The position numbers and the translations under genes were made by a program. The notes under the pieces were generated by a model. The model had not been told where the DNA came from and ran no database searches. It saw only the letters and a list, made by a program, of their open reading frames with translations. 64,000 nt of DNA from Spirochaetia bacterium. Its GTDB lineage: Bacteria > Spirochaetota > Spirochaetia > SZUA-6 > Bin103. The first letter of the stretch is position 1. Each line of letters starts with the position of its first letter. Positions 1 to 9,900 of the stretch are shown piece after piece. Where the stretch lies: contig CBDAOI010000002.1 in NCBI GenBank assembly GCA_965198005.1, positions 352,001 through 416,000 of the forward strand. Direction: 5' to 3'.

Positions 1-274
1 CATACGACGGGTCCTGGCGTCAGAATCCCGTATCGTCACAGGGTGTGGACGCACGTGGGAAGATGGAATCGCCCAAACCACGTCCAGCACCGTCAATCAA
101 CTCGCAATTCCAGGTCTTCACCGGGCTGCTCTATTTCCACGAAGGCGTCAGGCGGCTACGGCTGAATAGTCGCTAACCACCTATACGTAGGCACCAGAAT
201 CGTCGTTTTGCCAACGCCGTTCTTCCCAATCATGATTGTCAAGGGTTCGAATCGGACTTCCGTGTCGACCAAAG

Positions 275-1294
275 TTAACCGGGATGGACGTCCCTCAGCG
301 GCGCATCGCGCATCAGCTCCTTGCCTTGCAGCTCCTTCAGTATGTGTTCCACGCGTGGGTCGAAGACTTCCTTGAGCCTCGGAAGCAGGTCGAGCATCCA
401 GGTTCTGGTCTCCTCCAGCTTCTCCGGCGGATCATCTATGGAGCCGTTTCTTCTTATGTTTATGCTGGAGAAAGTAAATGCGTTGTGCCTGTGCCAGCGC
501 CATTCCTGGTCGGAGTCAGTGGCGATGCTCGCTTCGATGTTTGCTTTGTCCCTCATCAACTGATCGAATACGCGCTTGGTCAGATCCTTGTCGTCCGTTT
601 GAATGTGCAGGGTTACCCAGGCATCGTTGTTGCCTTCAAGGGACACGGCGTACCATATGCCGGAGTTGAGGCGGGAGGGAACGTGACGGTCCGTGCTGCT
701 GAATCTCTGTATTGCCCGGTCAGCAGCAAAGCCAGCCCCAAACAGTGCAGCGATGAGTGGTCGGAAGAAGTCATGGAACTGCCGGATGCGCGGGGACATG
801 GTAGCCCCCCGTGGCTGTGTGATGTCCTTGTTCCAGCCGTCTGGGGTCACCACTGGGAGGAGACGCGGCTCGGGGGGCGCGTTACCGGTGTTCAGGAGCA
901 TTACCTTGACGCCGTAGAACTTGAGCCCGTCGCGTGTCCATTGGTTGAGCCAGTGCAGGGTCTCGGCGTGTTCGTAGCGAAACTCGGGCGCGACCCATAC
1001 CGCGATTCGCGCGTCCAGCCCGGCCGCGTAGGTGAGCAGGGATAGATGGCTGTGGTCGGTCCAATACAACTGGTTCTCAATAGCGACGTTCACACCGGAG
1101 TCGACCTCTCTGGCCAGAATATCGCAGAAGAACGGGCCTACGGGCGCTTCCGTCTGGACCAGTTCCAGCTTCACTCCAAGCGCAGCGCTCAACATATCCA
1201 GGTTGTCAGCGAGCCATGGTGTGAAGTGCAGGGCCTCGTCCTTCCATCTGGTGTTGACGTCCACATACTCCATTCCTTCTTCCGCTGTGGTCAT
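275..1294 (-). CDS. PD-(D/E)xK nuclease-like protein with DUF4268-type C-terminal domain
   Basis: EALHFTPWLADNL, VGPFFCDILA, AIENQL..TDHSHL.LLTYAAG motifs typical of NucS-like/DUF4268 proteins. Confidence 0.75.
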   Translation of the reverse strand: MTTAEEGMEYVDVNTRWKDEALHFTPWLADNLDMLSAALGVKLELVQTEAPVGPFFCDILAREVDSGVNVAIENQLYWTDHSHLSLLTYAAGLDARIAVWVAPEFRYEHAETLHWLNQWTRDGLKFYGVKVMLLNTGNAPPEPRLLPVVTPDGWNKDITQPRGATMSPRIRQFHDFFRPLIAALFGAGFAADRAIQRFSSTDRHVPSRLNSGIWYAVSLEGNNDAWVTLHIQTDDKDLTKRVFDQLMRDKANIEASIATDSDQEWRWHRHNAFTFSSINIRRNGSIDDPPEKLEETRTWMLDLLPRLKEVFDPRVEHILKELQGKELMRDAPLRDVHPG

Positions 1295-1300
1295 TGCGAA

Positions 1301-1520
1301 CTACTCCTCTCGTCTGCCTGTGTCTCCGCGCTCAATCACGAAGTCGCGGCGGTCACGGTACAACAGCGCACGGTTCAGCACATAGTCGTCCGCTTCCAGG
1401 TCGATGTCCGGGCAGTCCGTCATCGTCCAATACTTGTGTTCGCCCAGGAACAGGTACTTCCGCTGCTCGTGGAAGAACCAGCACTCGACGCCTTCTCCCT
1501 GCGCGATACGCGCGCAGAAC
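1301..1520 (-). pseudogene. 5'-truncated hypothetical protein fragment
   Basis: Protein-like segment FCARIAQGEGVECWFFHEQRKYLFLGEHKYWTM...VLNR with no start of its own; directly abuts the Lhr tail repeat. Confidence 0.5.
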
Positions 1521-1805
1521 GCCGTCGGGCATGGGGGGCGCGCCGTCCAGGAACCGGGTCTCGCCGGCCTCGCGGACCGCCACCGGGACGCCGTCGCGGA
1601 ACAGGATGCGGTTGCCGCGCACGGCGGCCAGGCGGTGGCGCTCGTGCGCCGCGCGCACCTTCCACCGGTCGCCGTCGGGCATGGGGGGCGCGCCGTCCAG
1701 GAACCGGGTCTCGCCGGCCTCGCGGACCGCCACCGGGACGCCGTCGCGGAACAGGATGCGGTTGCCGCGCACGGCGGATGGCGCTCGTGCGCCGGGCGCA
1801 CCTTG
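1521..1805. repeat. 150-bp tandem duplication of the Lhr C-terminal coding sequence
   Basis: gccgtcgggcatggggggcg... begins at both 1521 and 1671; encodes GNRILFRDGVPVAVREAGETRFLDGAPPMPDG twice. Confidence 0.9.
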
Positions 1806-2943
1806 ATCCGGCCGCGCCGGCCGGATCGACCGCGGGCAGCACGCGCAGCGCGCCCGCCGGCCCGGCGCGCCGTACGCGGCGCATCGCGGCGACCGCTTCG
1901 GCCAGCGCGAACTGCTCGCCGCCGACGCCGCTCACGAAGTAGCCGCCGCGGATCTGGCCGCGCGCCTCCAGCAGGCGGTAGACCACGACCAGGTCGCGCC
2001 AGGCGGGCGCCAGCGTCTCCCGCTCCAGCAGGCGCCGGAACACCACTCCGTAGCGGTGCAGCAGGCCGAGCGCGATCGCCTCCAGGTGCGTCTCGGCGGG
2101 CTCCGCGGCCGGCGGCAGCAGGCTCCAGCGTCCCGAGCGGCTGAGCGGCCGGCGCGGCACGGCGACCGGGGCACCGCCGCGGCCGGACTGGCGCCGGCGG
2201 GCGCGCTCCAGCCGGCGGGCGGCCGCCTGCCGCGCCGCGGGACGGATCAACGCGCGCAGGCCGGCGAAGCTGTCGCAGGTCACGACCCCGGCCGCCGCCA
2301 GCTCGCCGAGGGCGGTGTCGACCTGGGCCGGCAGCAGGTTGGTGACCCGCTGCACCTCGTCCCGGAACAGGGCGCCGCGGGTGGCCAGGCAGGAGCGGAC
2401 CTGCGCGGCCACCGCGCTGAGTCCCTCTGCCGGCGGCACCGGGCCCGGCGGCGCCGGCTCAGCCGCCCAGCCATTCACGGTCGGGCTGCCGGCGGTGGGG
2501 TTGCCGCGGGTCGAGTTGCCGGCAGCCGCAAGCGGCGCCGGCGCGGTGCCGCGCCACAGCTCCAGCTCGGTGCGGGGCAGCAGCGCGATCGGGCTGCTGG
2601 CGAGCGGCGCAATCGGTCCGCCGGGCCGGTTGCCGTTGCCGGCCGGCGCCCGCAACCGGCCCCAGGCGACCTCGCCGGCGGCGCACAACAGGTCGAGCCA
2701 GGCCGGATCGTAGTCGGCCAGCCGCGCCGGCAGGATCCACTCCTCCCACGCCGCCGCGGGCGCCTCGCACCCGGCGAGCTGGCGAATCACGGCCAACAGC
2801 GCCTCCGGACCGCTGCCGCCGTCCACGGCCGGCTCGCGCTCGAACGCGCCGCCGCCGATGGCAGCGACGTGCTGCCACTCGAACAGGGAGCGCAGGTAAT
2901 CGTCGAACGTCAGCGGCTCGATCTCGCGCCGCAGGCGGGTCAG
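1521..2943 (-). pseudogene. lhr: Lhr-family helicase, C-terminal part only
   Basis: RLRREIEP..FEWQHV, AWEEWILPARLADYDPAWLD, GRWSLL, IRGGYFVSGVGGEQFAL, NRILFRDGVPVA; helicase core absent. Confidence 0.8.
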
Positions 2944-3366
2944 AAAAACAATCTTGTCTCGGTTGTTGCGATGGCATTCTCTCCTTCGATCTTCGTCTTC
3001 CCCGTCGCAATTGTCAAGATTTAAGAAGAGAGCCGGGCTCCCAGTAGCGCCTGGGGTTTGTGTCTCATTGGAGTCATTGAACGAGACGCGCGGAGCGGAT
3101 GTTCCTTCAATGCTATTTCCGATAACGTAATGATGAGTGCCGCTAACCGTCGGGACAATAGTTGGTATGGTACTGGATCCGTTTTCGCTTAGTGGTGATT
3201 CGACAGGCGGTCAGTTGACAGGTGGTTCACCGCTTGGTCCGCCTCCTATCGGTCCAGAACCACCGCCTGATCCGAATCCGCCGAACTGAGCCGTCGCGGT
3301 AACATCAACCAAAAGCATAATTGAACACATTGCGAGCAAAACGGCCCTAACAGACGTTGTTCTCAT
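2944..3366 (-). pseudogene. Secreted-protein remnant with an internal TGA, in frame with the Lhr tail
   Basis: RBS AAGGAG; MRTTSVRAVLLAMCSIMLLVDVTATA signal-like N-terminus; TGA at 3211-3213; frame then stays open into Lhr; lower GC. Confidence 0.5.
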
Positions 3367-3465
3367 ATTCGGAAATCTCCTTAGTGGTGAGTCTCTCAAG
3401 AATCGAGCCCATCCAGGCGGGCAATCACATCGCGTAGTGTCGGGTCTTAGTCTGGGACGTTTCAA

Positions 3466-3753
3466 CTATACAGGATACGCCGAAGCGACGACAGGGTCAG
3501 GTGCCGATTCGCCGCGCATTGGGGCGGTGCCCGAATCGTGCCGACGTAGCGGGCGCGCACCAAGGGTAAGTGGAGCGACTAGGCGATCGCTCAGTACGTG
3601 CAGGCCGCGGCGCACCTCGCCCTCGTCGGCGCGAAGTGTGTTGATCTCGCGGTGCTGACTCGCCCCTCGCGAGCGGACCACCGGCAGCAGCACGCCCAGC
3701 ACGGCCGCCACTGTACCAAGGGCGCCGAACAGGGTAGTCAGGGCGGGGCTCAT
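3466..3753 (-). CDS. Small membrane-anchored coiled-coil hypothetical protein
   Basis: N-terminal hydrophobic helix followed by REINTLRADEGEVRRGLHVLSDRL. Confidence 0.45.
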   Translation of the reverse strand: MSPALTTLFGALGTVAAVLGVLLPVVRSRGASQHREINTLRADEGEVRRGLHVLSDRLVAPLTLGARPLRRHDSGTAPMRGESAPDPVVASAYPV

Positions 3754-3914
3754 AGGTGAGCCGCGGCTTCCCCGGGGGCAAGTTTAGGCGGGCGGTGCCT
3801 CCGCTCGAACGATCGGCAGCAGGCATCGAGTTTCAGCCTGCGCGCCCACACGGAGGCAGTAAAGCCGATAGGCCCGTAGCGTCCGGTAACGCCCGTTCTG
3901 TCGAGCCACGGCGG

Positions 3915-5297
3915 TCAGCGCAGCTCCCGCATCACCGCGCCAACGGCTCCTGCCGAATCGGCAACGTTGAATGGGAAACAGACCATCTCCAGATCGTGAT
4001 CTTCGACGAATCGGAAATGGAGCGTCTCGCGAAACGCCGTCGTCCTTGGATAGACGAGGACGACACGCCGGCAGCCGTATCGCTTCCCGTAGGCGAAGAG
4101 CTGGTACGCATCGTCCTGACTGACCCCATGGTTCGCAGCGTCGGGATCGAGACGCTTCCACTTCGCATCCAGGATGAATCGGGCCTGCCCACGTTCCATC
4201 AGGACGATGTCCGGCTTCAGCCGAAAGGTGTCCTTGCCGGCGCCGTCCGTCGCCAGAGGCCGCATCGGCCCCTGGGCGCGCACCGTGAAACGCCGCTGGT
4301 GACGACGGAAAGCGGCGGTGACGAAGTCCTCGAACACTTCCTCCATCGGGAACAGCAGCGCACGGTTCACGTGCGGGCCGGCGAACGTGCCCAGACCTTG
4401 GCCGAACAGGAACAACCCGACCCACGGCATCACGGCGTCGTAGTGTCGTATCGAGCGCTCGACTCGATGCCGCGCCCAGTCGTCGTCCAGGTTCGTCGAA
4501 GGCGGCACCTCGGAGAAGACGATGCGCAACTGGTGAACCCGCTGTCGGTTCTCGGGATGACGCACGACACCCATGAGCCGCCGCAACGCAAGGTGAATCA
4601 GACGGTTTGCCGGCCGGTCCGCTGTGAACTCATCGTAGCCGACGTAGAACCGGGAGCGGTCGATCAGATTCTCGCGAACGTGTGGCTGGAATAGGATCCG
4701 CCCACGCATGCAGGAGAGATTCGCCTCCCGCGTACGGTACGCACGGGCGAAGCCACGCTGGGTCAGCAGGACGACGCTCGCCAGGAACAGATGGACAAAT
4801 GCTTCGAACATGTCCATGTGGCGGATCGCTCGGATGCCGGCACTGTCAAGCTGCGCTTCACCGAGACCGCGCCAATCCCGCAGCATGGCCAGGAAGACAC
4901 GCCGAGTGTCTTCCTCCTCGCCTGCCACGGCATCAGGATCGCCGTCCGTCTCTCGCGACGGGGTCCCTGCTGGTCCTTCTTCTTGGTGTCTCCCGTCGCT
5001 CGTCAGATCGACCTTCGGCAGGATTTCGATCACGGTCCCACGGTGTGTTTCGATGATCCCAACGTAGTTCTGTGCGTGGAGGCGACCGTTCCGTAGCGCG
5101 AAGACGGCCCGGCGCTGACTCCGTTCGTCGGTCGATTGCGCGAGTGCGAATCTCTCCAGATCACGCTGTTCGTCTTCACGCAATCCGTTGAGCGGCTCGT
5201 ACTCTCGAACGACCAGTGCGTGCGACACGGTGCGTCGTGGCCCCGGCGGCGCGGCGGTAAAGGAGTCCTCGCCGGATGGATGTCGCACTTGCGTCAC
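3915..5297 (-). CDS. mcrC: McrC family restriction subunit
   Basis: QNYVGII..IEILPK, DEFTADRPANRLIH, LLFPMEEVFEDFV, KPDIV..ILDAKWK, DAYQLFAYG; ATGA overlap with mcrB. Confidence 0.9.
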   Translation of the reverse strand: MTQVRHPSGEDSFTAAPPGPRRTVSHALVVREYEPLNGLREDEQRDLERFALAQSTDERSQRRAVFALRNGRLHAQNYVGIIETHRGTVIEILPKVDLTSDGRHQEEGPAGTPSRETDGDPDAVAGEEEDTRRVFLAMLRDWRGLGEAQLDSAGIRAIRHMDMFEAFVHLFLASVVLLTQRGFARAYRTREANLSCMRGRILFQPHVRENLIDRSRFYVGYDEFTADRPANRLIHLALRRLMGVVRHPENRQRVHQLRIVFSEVPPSTNLDDDWARHRVERSIRHYDAVMPWVGLFLFGQGLGTFAGPHVNRALLFPMEEVFEDFVTAAFRRHQRRFTVRAQGPMRPLATDGAGKDTFRLKPDIVLMERGQARFILDAKWKRLDPDAANHGVSQDDAYQLFAYGKRYGCRRVVLVYPRTTAFRETLHFRFVEDHDLEMVCFPFNVADSAGAVGAVMRELR

Positions 5298-7015
5298 TCC
5301 GGCACGCTTCGCTCAGGGTCTCCACGTGCCGCGCTGCCGTTTTCCGTCTGCGTCGTCGTCTCGTAGATCGCTCGGTACGCCGTAGGGGAGGTCCACCGTC
5401 CGTCGGCGGCGGGCCACAGATCGTACACGGCCCGGCTGGCATCCACCAGATCCATTCTGGCCAGCTCCTCCGGCAGATTCGACTTCCGGACGAATCCGTT
5501 GTTGTTCAGAACCGCGCGGATCTTTTCCCAGTCGTCGTAGAAGTACTCCTGCAGCAGCGGCATGACTCGGGTCCGGAACGTGCTCGCGAGCAACTCCACG
5601 GTGTCTACCCTCAGGAAGTAGGTGTGTCCGATCTGGTGCTCCCGATCCAGCAATACGGCGATGCGAAGATTCATCGCGGCCAGAAGCTTGCTGCAATCGA
5701 CGCCGTCCACGTCCGCACTGAGGCCTGGATGGGACGGGTCCGGCATCATCTCCTCGAACACGAACCGGCGTCGCAGCGCTGTGTCCAGGAGGGCGATGGA
5801 TCGGTCCGCGGTGTTCATCGTCCCGAGCACGTGCAGGTTCGCCGGTACGCCAAAGGCCGTCTTCGAGCCGGGCAGTGTCACCCGCGCTTCGTCGGCTTGG
5901 CCGATTCGCTTTGAGTCCTCGATCAGGGTGATCAGCTCGCCGAAGATTCGGGCAATGTTGCCGCGGTTGATTTCGTCGATGACCAGGACGTAGCGCCGGT
6001 TCGGCTCCAGCGCGGCGCGCTCCGCGATGCGCCGGAACACGCCGCGCGACAACTCATACCGAACCTCGCCAGCAGCTCCGGGTTCGGGCCGGGTCTCCGC
6101 GCTGTCGCTCGCGCCGTCTGCCAGAACCGGACGGATGCCTTCAACAAAGTCCTCGTAGGTGGTGTTTTGGTGAAACGTCACCATCTCGATTCGCCCGGCA
6201 CCTTGATGCTCGTCGAACCGGCGCTTGACGATAGCGCGGTCCTCCGCCGCCACCTCACCGACTTCCCGATCCTCGACAACCGCCACCGCGTACGTGACGG
6301 TATGCCACGTCTTCCCGGTTCCGGGCGGGCCGTAGAGAATCGTGTTCAGGGCATGCGCCAATCGAACCGGACCGCGACGCGGCGGCCGGGGGTCGGGATG
6401 CTCCCGGTGGAGCTTCCATACGACCGATTGAGCGTCCAGTCGTGTACTCGGTCTATCCATGCCCCGCCTCCGTGCTTCTTCGAGTACACGGTCAAGGAAT
6501 CCAAGGGCATACTCGTACTCATCCCCTACATCGGCGGCGGAAGGCTCCGGATAGCCCAGTCTCTGATATACGGCTCGGAACGGCGTTTGTCGGTATGGCG
6601 GATACTGTTGCGGATCGATCCCCATCATGAGATACGATGCGAAATTGAGGCGAGTGCCCGTGGCTCCTCGGGGGTACACGCTTTCGGGTAGTCTGCCGTC
6701 GAATGAGCGTACGCGATCGCCGGGCGCTCGGTCGTCTTCGCTCCACATTTCCGACAGGCCACGACGCGCCTCTTCCACGTTTCCGTCGATCCACTCCACG
6801 AGTTTCGCGTGATTGCGCCAGTTGACGATGTTATTCGATTTGTGCGTGATCGCTGCCGTCACAGCCCTCGGCCAGTCTCGCTCTTCGCGCAGCAGTGCCT
6901 CACGGGCTCTGGTCAACGCCTTCCCAAGCTCGATCTTGTACCGTTCTTCTCGGTCAATCTCCTCGTACCTCTCCCTCGCCGTTGCGAGGTATGCGTCCCA
7001 TAGTGCTTCGCTCAT
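5294..7015 (-). CDS. mcrB: McrB family AAA+ GTPase
   Basis: GPPGTGKT, VTFHQNTTYEDFVEG, IDEINRGN, GTMNTADRSIALLDTALRRRF. Confidence 0.93.
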   Translation of the reverse strand: MSEALWDAYLATARERYEEIDREERYKIELGKALTRAREALLREERDWPRAVTAAITHKSNNIVNWRNHAKLVEWIDGNVEEARRGLSEMWSEDDRAPGDRVRSFDGRLPESVYPRGATGTRLNFASYLMMGIDPQQYPPYRQTPFRAVYQRLGYPEPSAADVGDEYEYALGFLDRVLEEARRRGMDRPSTRLDAQSVVWKLHREHPDPRPPRRGPVRLAHALNTILYGPPGTGKTWHTVTYAVAVVEDREVGEVAAEDRAIVKRRFDEHQGAGRIEMVTFHQNTTYEDFVEGIRPVLADGASDSAETRPEPGAAGEVRYELSRGVFRRIAERAALEPNRRYVLVIDEINRGNIARIFGELITLIEDSKRIGQADEARVTLPGSKTAFGVPANLHVLGTMNTADRSIALLDTALRRRFVFEEMMPDPSHPGLSADVDGVDCSKLLAAMNLRIAVLLDREHQIGHTYFLRVDTVELLASTFRTRVMPLLQEYFYDDWEKIRAVLNNNGFVRKSNLPEELARMDLVDASRAVYDLWPAADGRWTSPTAYRAIYETTTQTENGSAARGDPERSVPE

Positions 7016-7350
7016 TCGGTCAGGACCCTCAGGGCCTGCTCGGGCGCCTTGTCGAGCACTCGGAGCAGTGCCCTCGCCGCGCCGGTGGGGCAGCGCTTGC
7101 CCTGCTCCCAGTTGCGGATCGTCTCGTGCGGCACGTCGATGCGACGCGCCAACTCCACCTGCGTCAGTCCCAGGCGCCGGCGCACCCGGCGGGCATACTG
7201 CGCCATGTCTCGCATCGCCTCGGCGTCGTCCTGCTGCTGTTGCAGGGCGAGGTCCCTTTCAGTCGTGCCGTCCAGCACCTCATGGTCGACCCGCCCCCGC
7301 GGCCAGCTCTGCGGATCGTCGAGATCAACCCTCACGTGTATTCTGCTCAT
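7012..7350 (-). CDS. HTH (Xre/MqsA-like) antitoxin
   Basis: LGLTQVELARRIDVPHETIRNWEQGKRCPTGAARALL; overlaps the BrnT remnant and mcrB. Confidence 0.85.
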   Translation of the reverse strand: MSRIHVRVDLDDPQSWPRGRVDHEVLDGTTERDLALQQQQDDAEAMRDMAQYARRVRRRLGLTQVELARRIDVPHETIRNWEQGKRCPTGAARALLRVLDKAPEQALRVLTE

Positions 7351-7495
7351 ACTCCCGAATCTCCTTGCTGTTGGCCTTGCGGGCCGAGATGATACGGATG
7401 GCCGACCCGCGTATCGTGTAGATCAGGACAAACACACGTCCCTCGATCACCCCGAGCAGTCGGTAGCGGTCCTCTCCGTAATCCCATCGCCGGTC
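7325..7495 (-). pseudogene. BrnT-family toxin, C-terminal remnant
   Basis: Manual translation DYGEDRYRLLGVIEGRVFVLIYTIRGSAIRIISARKANSKE; N-terminus missing. Confidence 0.8.
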
Positions 7496-7499
7496 CCGT

Positions 7500-7640
7500 C
7501 CGCCGCGTCGAAGCGATCACTCTGCACCCATCCCCGTAACGTCAGAATCGCTTGCCCGCCGGCCTCTCGCCAGCGCATCCCCGAGCGCTTCATCCGTTCG
7601 GTGACCAGCGTCTTGCACGCTGCCTCCATTTTACCGGCGC
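7500..7640 (-). mobile_element. ISKra4-family transposase C-terminal fragment
   Basis: EAACKTLVTERMKRSGMRWREAGGQAILTLR..QSDRFD; no terminal inverted repeats seen. Confidence 0.75.
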
Positions 7641-7676
7641 CCGGCGGCAAGCGGCCGCCAGCGCCGCCGCGGCTGC

Positions 7677-8771
7677 TCAAGCCGTGGTTTCCGGGGCCGC
7701 GCCGCCGGCGAGCAGCGCTTCGATCCGGGCGCGGTGCGGCATGGAGGGCTGCGCCCCTTCCTGCTGGACCGAGAGCGCGGCGCCGGCGGATGCGTACCGG
7801 AGCGCGGCCGGGATGGCGGCGCCGGCCGCCAACGCCGCGGCGAACACGCCGCAGAAGCAGTCGCCGGCGCCCACCGTGTCGACCGCGGTCGCCGGCCGCG
7901 CCGGCTGGTGCAGCAGCTCGACCTGCCCGGCGCCGCCGCGCCGCACCCAGAGGCAGCCGTCCGCCCCGAGCGTGACGATCAGGTTGCGTACCGGCGCCGC
8001 GCGCCCGTCCGCCACCAGCGCCCGCGCCCGCTCGGCAACCGCGGCACTGCCGGCGATCGCGGCAGCGGCCGGGTCAGTGACTGCGATCGGGGCAGTGGCG
8101 GCCACCGGGCCAGTGCCAGTGGCGGCGGCAGTGGAGGTGGCCGGCGCCTCCGCTCCGGCCAGCGCCGCCAGCTCGACCTCGTTCACCAGCAGGAACTCCA
8201 CCGCCGCCAGCACCTCCGCCGGCGGCGGGGTCTCCGGCGCCGGCGCCAAGTTCCAGATCACGCGCGCGCCGGCAGCGCCCCACCGGGCCGCGCACGCCGC
8301 CGTGGTCGCGGGATCGATCTCGTTCTGCAACAGCAGCACCGGCGCAGCCGGCGCGCTCCCGGCCGGCGGCGGCGCCAGCTCGGGACCGAACTGCCGGTTG
8401 GCACCCGGCGCGACCACGATCTGATTCTCGCCGCGGCCGTCGACTAGGATCAGCGCGACCCCCGAAGCCTGCCCCGGCAGCGTCACCAGCCGGTCGGCGA
8501 TCACCCCCGCCTGCTCCAGACTGGCGCGCCCAGCCCGCCCGTATGCGTCGTCCCCCACCGCCCCGATGAACGTGGTCGTCGCCCCCGCGCGCGCCGCCGC
8601 CACCGCCTGATTCGCCCCCTTGCCGCCGGCGAACTGGGCGAACCGCTCCCCGAACATCGTTTCGCCCCCCACCGGCAGCCGCTGCACGTAGGCCACCAGA
8701 TCGGTGTTGATCGAACCCACCACGTACACCGCAGCAGCCGCCGCACCCCGGCGCGCGCCGCCCGCACTCAA
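7677..8771 (-). CDS. rbsK: Ribokinase (PfkB family)
   Basis: VVGSINTDL, GGKGANQAVAAAR, NEVEL, DTVGAGDCFCG; probable TTG start overlapping the cysE stop. Confidence 0.9.
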   Translation of the reverse strand: MSAGGARRGAAAAAVYVVGSINTDLVAYVQRLPVGGETMFGERFAQFAGGKGANQAVAAARAGATTTFIGAVGDDAYGRAGRASLEQAGVIADRLVTLPGQASGVALILVDGRGENQIVVAPGANRQFGPELAPPPAGSAPAAPVLLLQNEIDPATTAACAARWGAAGARVIWNLAPAPETPPPAEVLAAVEFLLVNEVELAALAGAEAPATSTAAATGTGPVAATAPIAVTDPAAAAIAGSAAVAERARALVADGRAAPVRNLIVTLGADGCLWVRRGGAGQVELLHQPARPATAVDTVGAGDCFCGVFAAALAAGAAIPAALRYASAGAALSVQQEGAQPSMPHRARIEALLAGGAAPETTA

Positions 8772-9727
8772 CCCGGAAGCTCCACCCGCAGGTCGTCCTG
8801 CTCCCCGTGATAGCGGGTCACGATCGCCCCCGGCTCCACGTCCCGCGTCACCCACGCGTTGGCGCCGATGATCGAGCCCCGCCCCAGCCGCGTGCGCCCC
8901 AGGATGGTCGCCCCCGAGTAGATGATCACCCCGTCTTCCACAATCGGGTGGCGCGGTATCCCCTTCACCGGCTGCCCGTGACGGTCCAGCGGAAAGCTCT
9001 TGGCCCCGAGCGTCGCGCCCTGATAGATCCGCACGTTGCGCCCGATCTCGCAGGTCTCGCCGATCACCACCCCGGTGCCGTGGTCGATGAAGAACCGCTC
9101 GCCGATGCTGGCCCCGGGATGGATGTCGATCCCGGTCGTGCTGTGCGCATGCTCGGATATGATCCGCGGAATCAACGGAATCTCGAGCCGATACAACTCG
9201 TGCGAGATGCGGTGCTGAATGATCGTGCGCACGCCGGGGTAGCTGAAGATCACCTCGTCGTGGCTGATCGCCGCCGGATCGCCGGTGTACGCGGCCTCGA
9301 CGTCCAGCACCACCAGCCGCTGCAGCTCCGGCAGCCGGCTCAGGAGCTGACGCGTGGCAGCCGCGGCGCGCTCCTCGTTCTTGCGCCGGAGCTGCTCCGG
9401 CGACCCGGCGCCCTGCCACCGGGACCATTGGGCGAACACCAGCCCGCGCACGATCTGCTCCTGCAGGTGGCGCAGCTTCTCCTCCAGGATCGAGCCGACG
9501 CGAAACCGCAGCCCCTCCGTCATCTGCACCAGCCCGAAGTACCCGGGAAACAGCGCCGACCGCAGTCCCTCCACCACCCCCACCAGCACCCCCGGCGACG
9601 GCGGCTGAAACCCCACCCCCGCCGCCTGCCGAGCCGCCACCGCCGGACTGGCACAGAGCTGATCGACAATCGCCCCAATCGATCCGATCGAGTCGGTGGT
9701 CGGCTGCGAATGCGCGCCGTGGGCCAT
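8768..9727 (-). CDS. cysE: Serine O-acetyltransferase
   Basis: DVEAAYTGDPAA, YPG, TGIDIHPGASIG..FFIDHGTGVVIGET, RHP hexapeptide region. Confidence 0.92.
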   Translation of the reverse strand: MAHGAHSQPTTDSIGSIGAIVDQLCASPAVAARQAAGVGFQPPSPGVLVGVVEGLRSALFPGYFGLVQMTEGLRFRVGSILEEKLRHLQEQIVRGLVFAQWSRWQGAGSPEQLRRKNEERAAAATRQLLSRLPELQRLVVLDVEAAYTGDPAAISHDEVIFSYPGVRTIIQHRISHELYRLEIPLIPRIISEHAHSTTGIDIHPGASIGERFFIDHGTGVVIGETCEIGRNVRIYQGATLGAKSFPLDRHGQPVKGIPRHPIVEDGVIIYSGATILGRTRLGRGSIIGANAWVTRDVEPGAIVTRYHGEQDDLRVELPG

Positions 9728-9734
9728 CCCCGCT

Positions 9735-9763
9735 GTTGTAGACCAGCGCCGTACGCCGGTCAA
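9735..9763 (-). promoter_or_regulatory. Sigma70-type promoter of cysE, probably leaderless
   Basis: TTGACC-17bp-TACAAC on the minus strand, 7 nt before the ATG. Confidence 0.55.
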
Positions 9764-9900
9764 GTACCGCCCCGAGGCCGCCGGGCCGTGCCGGGACCGA
9801 AGATTCCTGAAAAAAGTCCCAAGGAATCCCCCATTTGGGGGACGACTCCAGCCCAGCCGGGAACCCACACTGGCGCAAACTGTGCTGACTGGAGTAGACG

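Noticed and set aside
1521-1805. Possible CRISPR or regulatory repeat
   Set aside because: Two long coding copies with no spacers, and no cas genes in the window.
3211-3213. Selenocysteine or readthrough at the in-frame TGA
   Set aside because: No recognisable SECIS or redox motif; a nonsense mutation is simpler.
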